A stretch of DNA of 64,000 nucleotides from an uncultured delta proteobacterium (GTDB lineage Bacteria; Myxococcota_A; Polyangia; Fen-1088). Location of the stretch: the NCBI GenBank assembly GCA_963782545.1, contig CAWAKD010000001.1, positions 8,118 through 72,117 on the forward strand. Direction: 5' to 3'. The notes beneath the pieces were generated by a model, which had not been told where the DNA came from, did not search any database, and saw only the letters and a program-made list of their open reading frames with translations. Numbering within the stretch: position 1 is the first letter of the stretch; every line of letters begins with the position of its first letter. Made by a program: the position numbers and the translations under genes. Below are positions 37,087 to 46,730 of the stretch, one piece after another.

Positions 37087-37467
37087 ATGCAATCTCTCGG
37101 CATCATGCTCGTCGTGATAGGCGCTTTGGGTCTGACCATCGCCACCATCGCCAAGCTGCTCATGCAATGGCCAGCAGCGGGCAAGGCAGGTGGACTCTCG
37201 CTGGGCCTCCTCGTCGTCGGAATCATCCTGTGGGTCGCATCCCCGCAGGTGAAGGACGTACCGAAGGCCGATGAACCTATCCCTTCGCTACCTTCAACCA
37301 GGCAGCCACCACGACTCAACCAGCCCGCCCCCAGGGCCACCATTCAGGCGCCACCACCCCGTTTGCCACCACCGCCACCACCTCCCCCACCTCCCCCACC
37401 GCCCCCGCCGCCCCCGCCACCGCCCCCGCCTCCACCGCCGCCACCTCCGCCGCCACCGGCCCGTTGA
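37087..37467 (+). CDS. Small two-TM membrane protein with C-terminal run of 31 prolines
   Basis: MQSLGIMLVVIGALGLTIATIAKLL...GLSLGLLVVGIILWVASP, a Pro-rich linker, then 31 consecutive Pro codons followed by A-R-stop. Confidence 0.6.
   Translation: MQSLGIMLVVIGALGLTIATIAKLLMQWPAAGKAGGLSLGLLVVGIILWVASPQVKDVPKADEPIPSLPSTRQPPRLNQPAPRATIQAPPPRLPPPPPPPPPPPPPPPPPPPPPPPPPPPPPPPAR
37366..37458. repeat. 93-bp CCN triplet low-complexity tract (poly-Pro coding)
   Basis: 31 consecutive CCA/CCG/CCT/CCC codons counted in frame. Mixed codon use, so it is not a pure microsatellite. Confidence 0.95.
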
Positions 37468-37576
37468 CGTTCGAGGTCGAGTCGAGCATGGCCGTCGTGG
37501 AAAAGATGAAACCTCGTCAGCGCTTGGACAATCCAAAGCTACCACGGCTTCACCTCGAGGACAGACTCACCAGGCC

Positions 37577-38248
37577 ATGCGCACATCCTCTCTTTCCGAA
37601 CCCCGCAGCCGCGAACGCCTGGAGAGCATCCGACGTTTGGGATCGTCGACGTTCAACTATTGGTTCGGTTACGTCGCGAACGTCAGCCTGGTCATCTGGC
37701 TTGTCAGCCACGCCTGGCACGATGGTCGGCTCTCCCTGGGGCGTGGAGAGCTCGTCCTGCTTGCCTTGGGCGGTCTTCTGTCGTGGACCCTGAGCGAATA
37801 CTTCTTGCACCGCTACGTGTATCACGCGTGGTCTTCTTTCCTCAGCGTCGGACACGCCTTTCATCACAAGAACCCGAGCGCGCTCATTGGCGTGCCCTGG
37901 TACCTGACGACGGTCATTCTGCTCGCCTTGTTCGCCTTGCTGTCCGTCTTCTTCCGCACGTCGATTCTCGGCGTGGTCATGGGGTTCAACTGGTTGGGCT
38001 ACATCTTCTATTGCATGTGCCACCACGGCAGTCACCACTGGAATACCGGGCTCGGGTGGCTGGAGAAGATGAAGCGCCATCACCTGGCCCATCACGGCCA
38101 CCCTGAGTTCAATTGGGGTTTCACCACGACTTTCTGGGATCTGGTCTTCCGTACCCACTACGATCGCGACATCAACCTCGCTCGCGGGAAGCGCGGGAAG
38201 CGCGCGAACATCGACGGGCCGGGCAATTCCCGAGACGCGACGGCATGA
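37577..38248 (+). CDS. Fatty-acid hydroxylase / sterol desaturase superfamily membrane di-iron enzyme
   Basis: His boxes HRYVYH, HAFHHK, HHGSHH and HHLAHH, with 3-4 TM helices. Confidence 0.8.
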   Translation: MRTSSLSEPRSRERLESIRRLGSSTFNYWFGYVANVSLVIWLVSHAWHDGRLSLGRGELVLLALGGLLSWTLSEYFLHRYVYHAWSSFLSVGHAFHHKNPSALIGVPWYLTTVILLALFALLSVFFRTSILGVVMGFNWLGYIFYCMCHHGSHHWNTGLGWLEKMKRHHLAHHGHPEFNWGFTTTFWDLVFRTHYDRDINLARGKRGKRANIDGPGNSRDATA

Positions 38249-38760
38249 AGACGGAGATCCCAAGTCCGGCGCACGCGGCCTGTGTGCCCGGGACAGGGCG
38301 CGTAGAGGCCTATGTCGACGAGGAAGGCCCGGGTGACGGCCAACACCACGTCGCCTCGTCGTGGTTCGCGAAAATCGGAGAGTGGATTCGCCACCATACG
38401 GGCTCGCTAGTCGCAACCAGCGTCGACTTCGTTGTCATGGTCGCGTCCGTCGAGATTCTTGGTCTCGGCCCGGTGGTCGGTACGGCGGCCGGGGCCCTGT
38501 GCGGCGCGCTTACCAGCTTCCTCTTGGGGAGAAACTGGGTCTTCCATCGCGCGGACTCACGCGCGGCGGGACAGGTGTTCCGTTACGCCATGGTGGCGGG
38601 AGCCAGCCTGGCCCTCAACGCCCTAGGGGAATATCTCCTGGTTCGAGCGGGCTTGGGCTACGTACGGGCGCGCGTCATCGTCGCGGTGGTGGTGAGCAAT
38701 CTGTGGAATTACCCCATGCACAAGTACTTCGTATTCGGAACAGCATCGCGGGCCAAGTAG
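38245..38760 (+). CDS. GtrA-family membrane protein
   Basis: ...TSVDFVVMVASVE...LLGRNWVFH...RYAMVAGASLALNALGEYLLV...VVVSNLWNYPMHKYFVF is the GtrA pattern. ATG 38245 overlaps the upstream stop (ATGA). Confidence 0.8.
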   Translation: MKTEIPSPAHAACVPGTGRVEAYVDEEGPGDGQHHVASSWFAKIGEWIRHHTGSLVATSVDFVVMVASVEILGLGPVVGTAAGALCGALTSFLLGRNWVFHRADSRAAGQVFRYAMVAGASLALNALGEYLLVRAGLGYVRARVIVAVVVSNLWNYPMHKYFVFGTASRAK

Positions 38761-38812
38761 GCGGGTGCGCCGATCTCTCGTTGCGGCGAGAGTGTCTCGA
38801 TCGCGGGCGGGT

Positions 38813-40717
38813 TCAATTGACGACGGTCGCCCATCCCTGGGCGGGCATGCTGAACTGCACCTTTTGGCCGCCGATGGAGACGACGTAGGCGGTGTTGGCG
38901 GAACCGCTGTTGTACATGATCGCGACGATGTGGCCGTCCGGGTTCTTGAACGCCACGGCGTCGCCGCCACTGGTCGCGACCCGCTTGGCTCCCACGGCGA
39001 CGAACTGGGAGAAATGGCGGAAGACGCAATAGGCGGGTGTGACGGTCACCGCCTTCGACGATGTGTTCACCGCCAAGAGCGCGTCCTGGTTCCAAGCGCG
39101 GTGTGTATCGATGCCGTTGCCCGCCGTGTCCAGTACCATGTTCCAGGCGTTGTAGGCCGTCACCTGGCCCTTGGTGATCGCGTCTCGGATGTAGCCCCAG
39201 CTCTCCACGCCGTAGGCCTGGTCGTTGGGGGCCTTCGTGCTGTTGTACGCAGGATAGCCGGATGGGTTCCACGGGTAGTTGCCGCACTTATGCTCCGTCG
39301 CCCAGATGGGAAGACTGCCGAACTTCGTACCACTGTTCACCTTGTCGAGCACATTCCACTGCACGCCGGCGACAGTAAAGAAGCCCTTTGCGGTGCCATC
39401 GGCCAGCGCCGCGTTGCCAAGGTCCACGTCCTTGCCGCTGTCGGAATTGGACAGCGTGCCGAGCATGACGCCGACCCCAGTGCCATTGAGCGCCGGACCC
39501 AGGTACTGGCCGACGAACTTCGTGTAAAGCGCCGACGTCCAGATGCAGGACGGGTAGTGGAGGGCGTAGTTGGGCTCGTTCTGGGGAGCGACCACGGAGA
39601 TGTTGATGCCCGCAGCCTTATACGCATTGATGAACTTGACGAAGTATTGAGCATACGCCGTCAGATTCGCAGCGGTGTCCGCCATGTTTCCACTGTCGAA
39701 GTTCGACGAGGTCGTGGCACTGTCGTCGGTGATCGCCGTGAATGGTCCGGTCTTCATCCAGGTTGGAGGCGTCCAGGGGCTGGCCCAGAACTTCATGTCC
39801 GACTTTACCTTCAGCGCAGCCTGGATATAGGGGATGATATTTTTGCCATCCTCGGTCGTGTTGAAATTGGCCATCGAGGTGTCTGCACCGCCCTCGTCGT
39901 CCGTGTACCGGGCGATGGCGTAGTCGCTGGCTCCCATCGGAATGCGTCCAATGTTGAAATTGGCGCCATCCGTCCCGAATAGAAGCTGCATCACCCTATC
40001 CTGGTCGCTCTGGCCGAGCGTCTGGATGTACTTCCACCCGAGCTCGTTGAAACATCCACCAAAACCTTCCCAGGTCTGCGATGTGGAGCTGTCGTTGACG
40101 GTCACGGTTGCGTTCGCGGTCGACGTGCTGATGGTCCCGGGCGTCCAGGTCGTACCGCTTCCTGACACGCAGCTACCATTGGTCGAAGTATACACGGCGG
40201 GCCCAGCCGTGGTGGCCCCACCCGCCGACGAGGTCCCGCCCCCGCCCTGCGTCCCACCTGCCGCGGTGCCGCCAGCGCCCGTCGTCGTCCCGCCGGCAGC
40301 CGAGCCCCCTGCCCCGGTCGTGGTCGTGCCGCCAGTTGCGTTGCCGCCTGAGCCGCCGCCGCCGGAGCCGGTCGAGCCGCCCCTCGCGGGCGCGCCGCCG
40401 GCCGCGTTGCCGCCCGAGCCACCGTTCTGGCTGCCGCCCGCACCACCGTTCTGGTTGCCGCCCGACCCGCCGCTCTGGTTGCCGCCCGACCCACCGCTCT
40501 GGTTGCCACCCGCGCCACCGCTCTGGTTACCGCCCGACCCGCCGCTCTGGTTGCCGCCCGACCCGCCGGTCTCGTTGCCGCCCGACCCACCCGTGCTGGG
40601 AGTAGTATCGCCACCAGACCCCCCTTGCGGCGGCGTGCCGGTGCCTTGCCCCGAGCTGCAAGCCGCAAAGAGAACCGTGAGTCCAAGGCTGGTGATCGAT
40701 ATCCGTGCTCTGTTCAT
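38813..40717 (-). CDS. Glycoside hydrolase family 30 lipoprotein (beta-1,6-glucanase/glucosylceramidase-like)
   Basis: Signal ...LGLTVLFAAC and a Gly-rich repeat linker, followed by QTWEGFGGCFNELGW, VVAPQNEPNY (acid/base) and PIWATEHKCG (nucleophile context). Confidence 0.85.
   Translation of the reverse strand: MNRARISITSLGLTVLFAACSSGQGTGTPPQGGSGGDTTPSTGGSGGNETGGSGGNQSGGSGGNQSGGAGGNQSGGSGGNQSGGSGGNQNGGAGGSQNGGSGGNAAGGAPARGGSTGSGGGGSGGNATGGTTTTGAGGSAAGGTTTGAGGTAAGGTQGGGGTSSAGGATTAGPAVYTSTNGSCVSGSGTTWTPGTISTSTANATVTVNDSSTSQTWEGFGGCFNELGWKYIQTLGQSDQDRVMQLLFGTDGANFNIGRIPMGASDYAIARYTDDEGGADTSMANFNTTEDGKNIIPYIQAALKVKSDMKFWASPWTPPTWMKTGPFTAITDDSATTSSNFDSGNMADTAANLTAYAQYFVKFINAYKAAGINISVVAPQNEPNYALHYPSCIWTSALYTKFVGQYLGPALNGTGVGVMLGTLSNSDSGKDVDLGNAALADGTAKGFFTVAGVQWNVLDKVNSGTKFGSLPIWATEHKCGNYPWNPSGYPAYNSTKAPNDQAYGVESWGYIRDAITKGQVTAYNAWNMVLDTAGNGIDTHRAWNQDALLAVNTSSKAVTVTPAYCVFRHFSQFVAVGAKRVATSGGDAVAFKNPDGHIVAIMYNSGSANTAYVVSIGGQKVQFSMPAQGWATVVN
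40407..40598. repeat. Eight tandem 24-bp units encoding (GGSGGNQS)n in the GH30 linker
   Basis: TTGCCGCCCGA(C/G)CC(G/A)CCG(C/T)TCTGG-type units read consecutively on the plus strand. The protein reads GGSGGNETGGSGGNQSGGSGGNQSGGAGGNQSGGSGGNQSGGSGGNQNGGAGGSQNGG. Confidence 0.9.
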
Positions 40718-40946
40718 TTCGCTAACCTCGTTTGAGTCGGCCGCACGCGTGAATGTGCGACATGTGGCATATTCGTAGTCTACTAGTTTGGGCACGCTCC
40801 GAGGTGAATTTTGCATGGTAGTTTTGTGTCCTCGGGGGTGCACTATGTGCGGCACTTTTCCCCCCACTTGGCGAAAGCAAAGACGACCCGGGAAGCGAAA
40901 CGTGCCAGGAGAGCGTGAAGAGCCAGCAGAACCGTCGCGGCCGCAC

Positions 40947-42569
40947 ATGCGGACCTTCAAGGCGTTGGTGCTTGCCACCTTCGCCTTGGGGGTTCTACTG
41001 CGCGTACCGACCTTTTGCCGGCCGCTCTTGTCCGACGACGAGGCCATCTACGCCACCACCGCCGACGCACTGGGGCGTGGCGAACTTTTGTATCGCGATG
41101 TCGTCGATCACAAACCGCCGCTCATCTACCACGTCTACCAGGCCGGCTTCGCGGCGCTTGGGCGCTACAACACCCATGGAGCCCACGCCTTGGTCATCCT
41201 GTCGGTGCTGCTCACGGCAGGGTTTCTCTTCGCGGTCAGGTCGCGCGACGGGGCCTCGAGTGGCGGGGGCGAAAGCCTGGCCGCGGCTGGGCTATTCCTG
41301 GTTTTCTCGACGACTTGGCACGACTACGACGCCCTTTCGGCGAACTGCGAGCTGTTCTTGCTGGCGCCACAGACGGTCGCCGCTTGGCTGCTCGTGCGGG
41401 AGCTTGGCGAGTCGCCACGTGGAGCTCTGGGGTGGGTGACCCATCTGGCCGTGGGCGCTCTGATTGGGACGTCTGCCTTGTTCAAATATCAGGGTCTCAC
41501 CTTCCTAGGTGTCTCGATTGGCATGGTCGTCTGGTGGGTGGTTCTCGGACGAGCTTCCCGGTCGCGGGCCGCGGCAATGGCCCTGTGTCATGTGGCCGGA
41601 GCCCTGGTGCCGCCCGGGCTCTATCTATTATGGTGCGCGGCCGCCGGCAACGCCGCCGACGCGGTCTACTGGTTCAAGTTCAACTTCTCGTACGTCGACG
41701 CCGGCTTGACGGGACTTCTGGCAATTGCTCGGGGATTGCGCCGAACCGCGCTCATCGGTGGGGTCGCGGTCGTGCCCTATGCCCTGGGCGTCTCCGCCGC
41801 GCTGGCCGCGGCGGCGGGTATGGCTCGCGTGGTACGCCAGCGGCTACGCGGCGCACAGTCCTTCGCGCTGGACCGAGCCAGGCAGGGCCGCACCGATGTG
41901 CCGCTGCCCTCGGCGGTCCTGGGCCTGCTTTGGCTTGCAACCTCCGCCTTTGCCGTGGCAGCCGGAGGGCGCTTTTTCGGACACTACTTCCACCTGATTC
42001 TGGCGCCACTTTGCCTGCTGGCCGCGCCCGCCTTCTGCCGATTGTGGAGCAAGGGCCGGTCCTATCGGGTATCGCTGGCGGCACTGTGCGCATTGCCGGC
42101 TCTCTTCTTCTGCGCGCTCGCTACCGTTGCCAGGCCGCTCGCCGCTGCTCTGGACGAGCGCGAGCCGCCCTACCACGAGGTCGCCGCTCGCATCGACGCC
42201 ATCACCGGCCCGAACGATCGCATTTTCGTCTGGGGAAACTCCCCGCAGCTCTACGTTCTGGCGCGCCGACCGATGGGTGCGCGGTTTTCCTTCTGCAACT
42301 ACATGACCGGAGAAAGCCCCGGCACGCCCACCGAGACCGGACAGTGGGACGCCGACGCCAACCAACTGCCCGCGGCCTGGGACATGCTGTTCGCCGACTT
42401 GGAGCGACGCCGGCCCGTCTTGTTCGTCGACGCCGCCGCCGCCGGCTGGGACGGCTACGACAAGTATCCGCTCGCGCGCTACCCACGGCTGCGGGCGTAC
42501 GTCGACCACAACTACCGGCAGGTGGAGGCACGCGCCGGCGTCGTCTTGTATCGGCGGCTGAAGAACTGA
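40947..42569 (+). CDS. GT-C-fold glycosyltransferase (ArnT/PMT-like, GT39/GT83-type)
   Basis: MRTFKALVLATFALGVLLRVP....PLLSDDEAIYATTADALGRGELLYRDVVDHKPPLIYHVY... has the N-terminal Asp-containing loop typical of ArnT/PMT enzymes. About 11 TM helices and a soluble C-terminal domain. Confidence 0.75.
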   Translation: MRTFKALVLATFALGVLLRVPTFCRPLLSDDEAIYATTADALGRGELLYRDVVDHKPPLIYHVYQAGFAALGRYNTHGAHALVILSVLLTAGFLFAVRSRDGASSGGGESLAAAGLFLVFSTTWHDYDALSANCELFLLAPQTVAAWLLVRELGESPRGALGWVTHLAVGALIGTSALFKYQGLTFLGVSIGMVVWWVVLGRASRSRAAAMALCHVAGALVPPGLYLLWCAAAGNAADAVYWFKFNFSYVDAGLTGLLAIARGLRRTALIGGVAVVPYALGVSAALAAAAGMARVVRQRLRGAQSFALDRARQGRTDVPLPSAVLGLLWLATSAFAVAAGGRFFGHYFHLILAPLCLLAAPAFCRLWSKGRSYRVSLAALCALPALFFCALATVARPLAAALDEREPPYHEVAARIDAITGPNDRIFVWGNSPQLYVLARRPMGARFSFCNYMTGESPGTPTETGQWDADANQLPAAWDMLFADLERRRPVLFVDAAAAGWDGYDKYPLARYPRLRAYVDHNYRQVEARAGVVLYRRLKN

Positions 42570-42570
42570 A

Positions 42571-44022
42571 TCAGAAGTAGAACGAGAACCGGAGCCGGAG
42601 GCTGTACATCTCGTCGTCGTAGGAGAGCGGGACGTCCGTGTCCCAATGGCCGCGCGCATAGCCGGCCACCAGCTTGATGTAGAGCTGCTGGAGCGCCACG
42701 TACTGGATGGCCACGAAGTTCTGGACCTGCCAAAAGTCGTCCACTTGGGGGTCGTGGAGGTTGTTCTGGTCCACGTTGTGGGTGTAGACCGAGCCCACGC
42801 CGAAGATGACAGGGTGCTTGGGGCTCCCGTTCGAGACGTTGGCGAATCCGCCGAAGCTGGTCCGTGTGAGACTGCCGGTGAGGTCTAGCTCATTGTCGCT
42901 CTTGATGCTCCAAACGGTCCCTTGGGCGACATTGAGCCCGAACTCGATGTGAGGCAGGAAGACGAACTGGATGCTGCCGCCGATGCCCTTGCTGGTCTTG
43001 TTTGTCTTGTCGAGAGCAGGGTTCTGCGAGTCCAGGTACTGATATTCTGCGGCGGCCTTGAGCTTGAGCCAGCCCAGGTCGAAGATGGCCACCGGACGTG
43101 TGGCGAGCACACGGTAGCCGCCGGTCTGGCTGCCCGCCGAGCCCAAAAGCTCGAAGCGCAGATAGCGGAGAGGATAGTAGTGGAAAGCCGCGTTGCCGAT
43201 AGCGCCTTGCGGGCGGTACTGGTTGTCGGTGACGCCGTAGAACTGGGGGTTGTAGTTGTCACCCGGGCCGAAGGCACCGCCGCGCTCGAAGGTGTTGAGG
43301 TCGAGCCCCATGCCGAGGTGAAAAACCTCCCAGCCTTCGTAGCGGCCGATCATGAAATCCCACTTGTTCCACTGGCCGATGCGCAGCCATAGATCGTCCG
43401 TGTCCGCGCCGCCAGTCGACTGCCGCTGGATGGTCTGATCCTCGGTTCCGACGAGCTCGGCCTGTCCCTGAACGAACCAGTCACCGCCCAGAGAATAGGT
43501 GGGTGTGACACGCAATAGGAGACGCGCCTGTTGTATCCAGTAGGCGATTTGGTCGGTGCTCAGCTTGGGGTTGGCCCCCCATGGGGAGAACTTTTCGTAA
43601 GAGGTATCTACCCACCCCCAGCCCGACAGCCCGACCACGAAGCGCGAGGCGTTCTTGGCCGCCGGCATGTAGGGCCATTGCAGGCCGTGGAACGTCAGCC
43701 ACAGCGACCCGTAGGGTAGACCTCGGGTCACCGGCTCGGGATAGGTCGACTGCGGCAAGCGCTGAACGCCGACCTCGGTGATGGAGGCCGGGTCCGGCGC
43801 CGTTTCTTCCGACGAGACTGGTGCGGGCTGGGCAGCAGGTGCGGCAGCCTCGGCTTGCGCCACCGCTTGGCTCTTCGTGGGCCCGGTCTTGTTTTCGTCG
43901 GCTGACGTCGCGGTCGATTCGTCCTTGGCTTCTGCTGCGAGAACCGACGTGGACAGTCCAAGAAGGAGCGAGGCCGCCAATACGGCAGACGAGGACTTGG
44001 CGAATGAAGATCGTGTTCTCAT
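42571..44022 (-). CDS. Outer-membrane beta-barrel porin-like protein
   Basis: Signal MRTRSSFAKSSSAVLAASLLLGLSTSVLA, alternating amphipathic strands, aromatic girdle, and a C-terminal ...YSLRLRFSFYF (terminal Phe). Confidence 0.65.
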   Translation of the reverse strand: MRTRSSFAKSSSAVLAASLLLGLSTSVLAAEAKDESTATSADENKTGPTKSQAVAQAEAAAPAAQPAPVSSEETAPDPASITEVGVQRLPQSTYPEPVTRGLPYGSLWLTFHGLQWPYMPAAKNASRFVVGLSGWGWVDTSYEKFSPWGANPKLSTDQIAYWIQQARLLLRVTPTYSLGGDWFVQGQAELVGTEDQTIQRQSTGGADTDDLWLRIGQWNKWDFMIGRYEGWEVFHLGMGLDLNTFERGGAFGPGDNYNPQFYGVTDNQYRPQGAIGNAAFHYYPLRYLRFELLGSAGSQTGGYRVLATRPVAIFDLGWLKLKAAAEYQYLDSQNPALDKTNKTSKGIGGSIQFVFLPHIEFGLNVAQGTVWSIKSDNELDLTGSLTRTSFGGFANVSNGSPKHPVIFGVGSVYTHNVDQNNLHDPQVDDFWQVQNFVAIQYVALQQLYIKLVAGYARGHWDTDVPLSYDDEMYSLRLRFSFYF

Positions 44023-44056
44023 GAGATTGATCCGATAGACGTTCATGTCGAGCCAC

Positions 44057-46585
44057 CTAGTAGTTGCTGGAGGCCTTCTGGTACCCGTGGACGGTGACGG
44101 TGCCCGTCAGGGGGAGATTGGTGGAGCTGCCACCAACCATGATGGTGATGTCACCGTCTTCCACGACCCATGCCTGCTGGTCCTGGTCGTAGTAGTCGAG
44201 GTCTTTCAGGCGGACGGGAATCGAGACCTGCTTGGTCTCGCCGGGCGCCAGGCTCACCCGGGCGAAGCCCTTGAGCTCCTTGATGGTGGTCCGCCGGGAG
44301 GCCTTGCTGTTCGGGAAGGAGACGAAAAGCATGACGACTTCATCTCCGGGAACGTCGCCGTTGTTGGTGACGTCGGCATAGACCGGCACGACAGCGCCCT
44401 CGCTCATGTCCGTGCAGCCGATTTGCAGGTTGCTATACGTGAAGGTCGTGTAGCTCAGGCCATAGCCGAACGGGAAGACCGGCGTCTTGTTGTTCACGTC
44501 GAAGTAGCGATAGCCGAGCCAGTAGTCGGCGCTCGTGACGCCGCTCGCGCCTTTGAATGCCGGAAAGTCGTTGAGCTGCCCCCAGGTGAAGGGCAACTTG
44601 CCACCGAAGTTATACTGGGTCCCCTGGTACTCGCCCCACAGCAGCATCCCCATGGCCTCGCCGCCGACCATGCCCGGATACCAGGCCATGACAACCGCCG
44701 GAACCTGATTCAGCCAGGGCAGGTCGATGATGCTGCCGCCTTCCAGCACGACCACCATCGGTTTCCCAAGGCCGGCCACCGTGGTGATAAGGGTGTTCTG
44801 AATGTTCTGGTATCTGGGATCCTGCTGCTTGGCATCCAGGGCAAAGCTCGATCGATCGCTGGCCAGGGTGTAGTCCTCGCCCTCGTCCTCGGCGGTAAGG
44901 CCGGCGACGACGACGACGAAATCGGCGGAGCTGACGGCGTCATCGCTTCCGATGCCCTGGGCAGCGGTAACGCTGTCGATCGCGGCGGTGCTGGTCACCA
45001 CAGTGACATTGTCCGGCGCCGTCTTCTTGATGCCGTCGAAGGGGCCGATCACCAGGGACGGATCGGCGAAGGCGCGACTCGATCCCATGTCCCCGGTGCG
45101 AATCTCCTGGGCGAAGTTGACGAGGGTGCTCGAGATATTGCCGTTGTTCTTGCTCTTGTACGGCACGGTGACGCCCAAGACCGCCACCTTGCCGAAGGAG
45201 TGGCTGATGGGTAGCGTCTCGTTGTCGTTCTTGAGCAGAACCATGCTCTCCACGGCAGCTTTCCTGGCCAAGTCGACGTGGCCGTCGCAGCCGCTGTAGA
45301 CGATTCTGCTCTTGGCGTAGCTCGTCTTCGGTACGCCGAGCCCGTAAGTTCCCTTGCTGAGATCCCAGGAATCGAAACGAAACTTCTGCATCAGGACGCG
45401 CGTGGCGGCGGTGTCGATGTCATCCTGCTTCAAGCCGCCATTGGTCTGGACGATGCTCTCGAGATAGAGGTAGTTGAGCGACCAGGGCAGCTCGACGTCC
45501 AACCCGGCCGCGACACCCTTGATCGCGTTGGCCTCGTAGTAGGTCGGAGTCCGGTCGGTATACGTTTGCGGATCCATGGCCCACCAATCACTCAGCACGA
45601 AGCCCTGGAAACCGAAGTCGGTGCGCAGAACATCCGTGAGCGTGTTGTGATTCACGGTGGATTTCTGGCCGTTGACCTGGTTGTAGGAAGCCATGACCGA
45701 CGCCACGCCGCCGTCCTGGACCACCATGCGGAAATGACGGCCGTAGGTCTCCCTCATGGTTTGTTGGTCGAGAATCATGTTGTTGAAGTCGCGGTTGGCC
45801 TCGATGTCGTAGGCCAGGAAGTGCTTGGCGTCGGCGGCGATGTGCTGCTGCACGCCCTCGGTCATGGCCGAGGCCAGACGGCCGATCTGAAACGCGTCCT
45901 CGCCATAGGTCTCTTGGGCGCGGCCCCAGAGCGGGTGGCGAAGGATGTTCATGCACGGGGCGAGGAGGAGCGTCTCGTTGGCAGCCATCATCTCGTCGCC
46001 GATGGCCTCGCCGATGGCGTACTCGAAATCGAGGTCGAAGGCCGCGCCGCGGGACATGCTGACCGGGAACACCGTCGAGTATCCGACCGGATTGGTGCTT
46101 CCCGGCTGGACCCCGGCGTTCGGTCGGATGCCGTTCATGTCTTCGGCCAGGTTCATCCCGCGCGAAGCATCGCGGTAGTGGAATCCACGAATCCTCGCCG
46201 TATCGTAGCTGCGCTGGGTATCGCCCATCTGGGTCACACCGGGCCCGCCGAAGTTGGTCCCACGCATCTGCTGGGCCTTGTCGTAGAGGCTCATCGTTGC
46301 AATCAGGTTGTGCACGGCCGCCTCATCGTCCGAATTGGGCTTGTAACCGTCCGTGTACGGCAGACGGATCGTGGCATTCTGGGCAGTGCAGCTGACGGGG
46401 GTCACGACGACATACTCCGCGCCGCCCGGGCCCCCATCCATGCCGCCGGTCCCGCCCGAGCCTGTGCAGGTACCTACGGCGCCACTGGCACCGCCACCGG
46501 TGTACACCGGAGGTGAGAGGGAGCAGCCTGATGCGGCCAAGAAACCGACGGCCAACAGGGGGAGCAGCTTAGTCGAATTCGGCAT
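44057..46585 (-). CDS. Glycoside hydrolase family 3 beta-glucosidase lipoprotein
   Basis: Signal ...LAVGFLAASGC. GH3 blocks ...LLAPCMNILRHPLWGRAQETYGED..., GFQGFVLSDWWA (nucleophile Asp context) and a C-terminal Fn3-like domain. Confidence 0.9.
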   Translation of the reverse strand: MPNSTKLLPLLAVGFLAASGCSLSPPVYTGGGASGAVGTCTGSGGTGGMDGGPGGAEYVVVTPVSCTAQNATIRLPYTDGYKPNSDDEAAVHNLIATMSLYDKAQQMRGTNFGGPGVTQMGDTQRSYDTARIRGFHYRDASRGMNLAEDMNGIRPNAGVQPGSTNPVGYSTVFPVSMSRGAAFDLDFEYAIGEAIGDEMMAANETLLLAPCMNILRHPLWGRAQETYGEDAFQIGRLASAMTEGVQQHIAADAKHFLAYDIEANRDFNNMILDQQTMRETYGRHFRMVVQDGGVASVMASYNQVNGQKSTVNHNTLTDVLRTDFGFQGFVLSDWWAMDPQTYTDRTPTYYEANAIKGVAAGLDVELPWSLNYLYLESIVQTNGGLKQDDIDTAATRVLMQKFRFDSWDLSKGTYGLGVPKTSYAKSRIVYSGCDGHVDLARKAAVESMVLLKNDNETLPISHSFGKVAVLGVTVPYKSKNNGNISSTLVNFAQEIRTGDMGSSRAFADPSLVIGPFDGIKKTAPDNVTVVTSTAAIDSVTAAQGIGSDDAVSSADFVVVVAGLTAEDEGEDYTLASDRSSFALDAKQQDPRYQNIQNTLITTVAGLGKPMVVVLEGGSIIDLPWLNQVPAVVMAWYPGMVGGEAMGMLLWGEYQGTQYNFGGKLPFTWGQLNDFPAFKGASGVTSADYWLGYRYFDVNNKTPVFPFGYGLSYTTFTYSNLQIGCTDMSEGAVVPVYADVTNNGDVPGDEVVMLFVSFPNSKASRRTTIKELKGFARVSLAPGETKQVSIPVRLKDLDYYDQDQQAWVVEDGDITIMVGGSSTNLPLTGTVTVHGYQKASSNY

Positions 46586-46730
46586 GGGGACTCCTCTATC
46601 GGGGCAGCAGCGTTTTCTCAAGAACGCCGTTCGCAAGGCAAAGGGTGACAAGGTTGAAAGATCCTCGAATCAATGGCGATACGCAGATTGCACGAATGAA
46701 GAAGGCAGCGGCGTTGACTCTTCGATCAGG

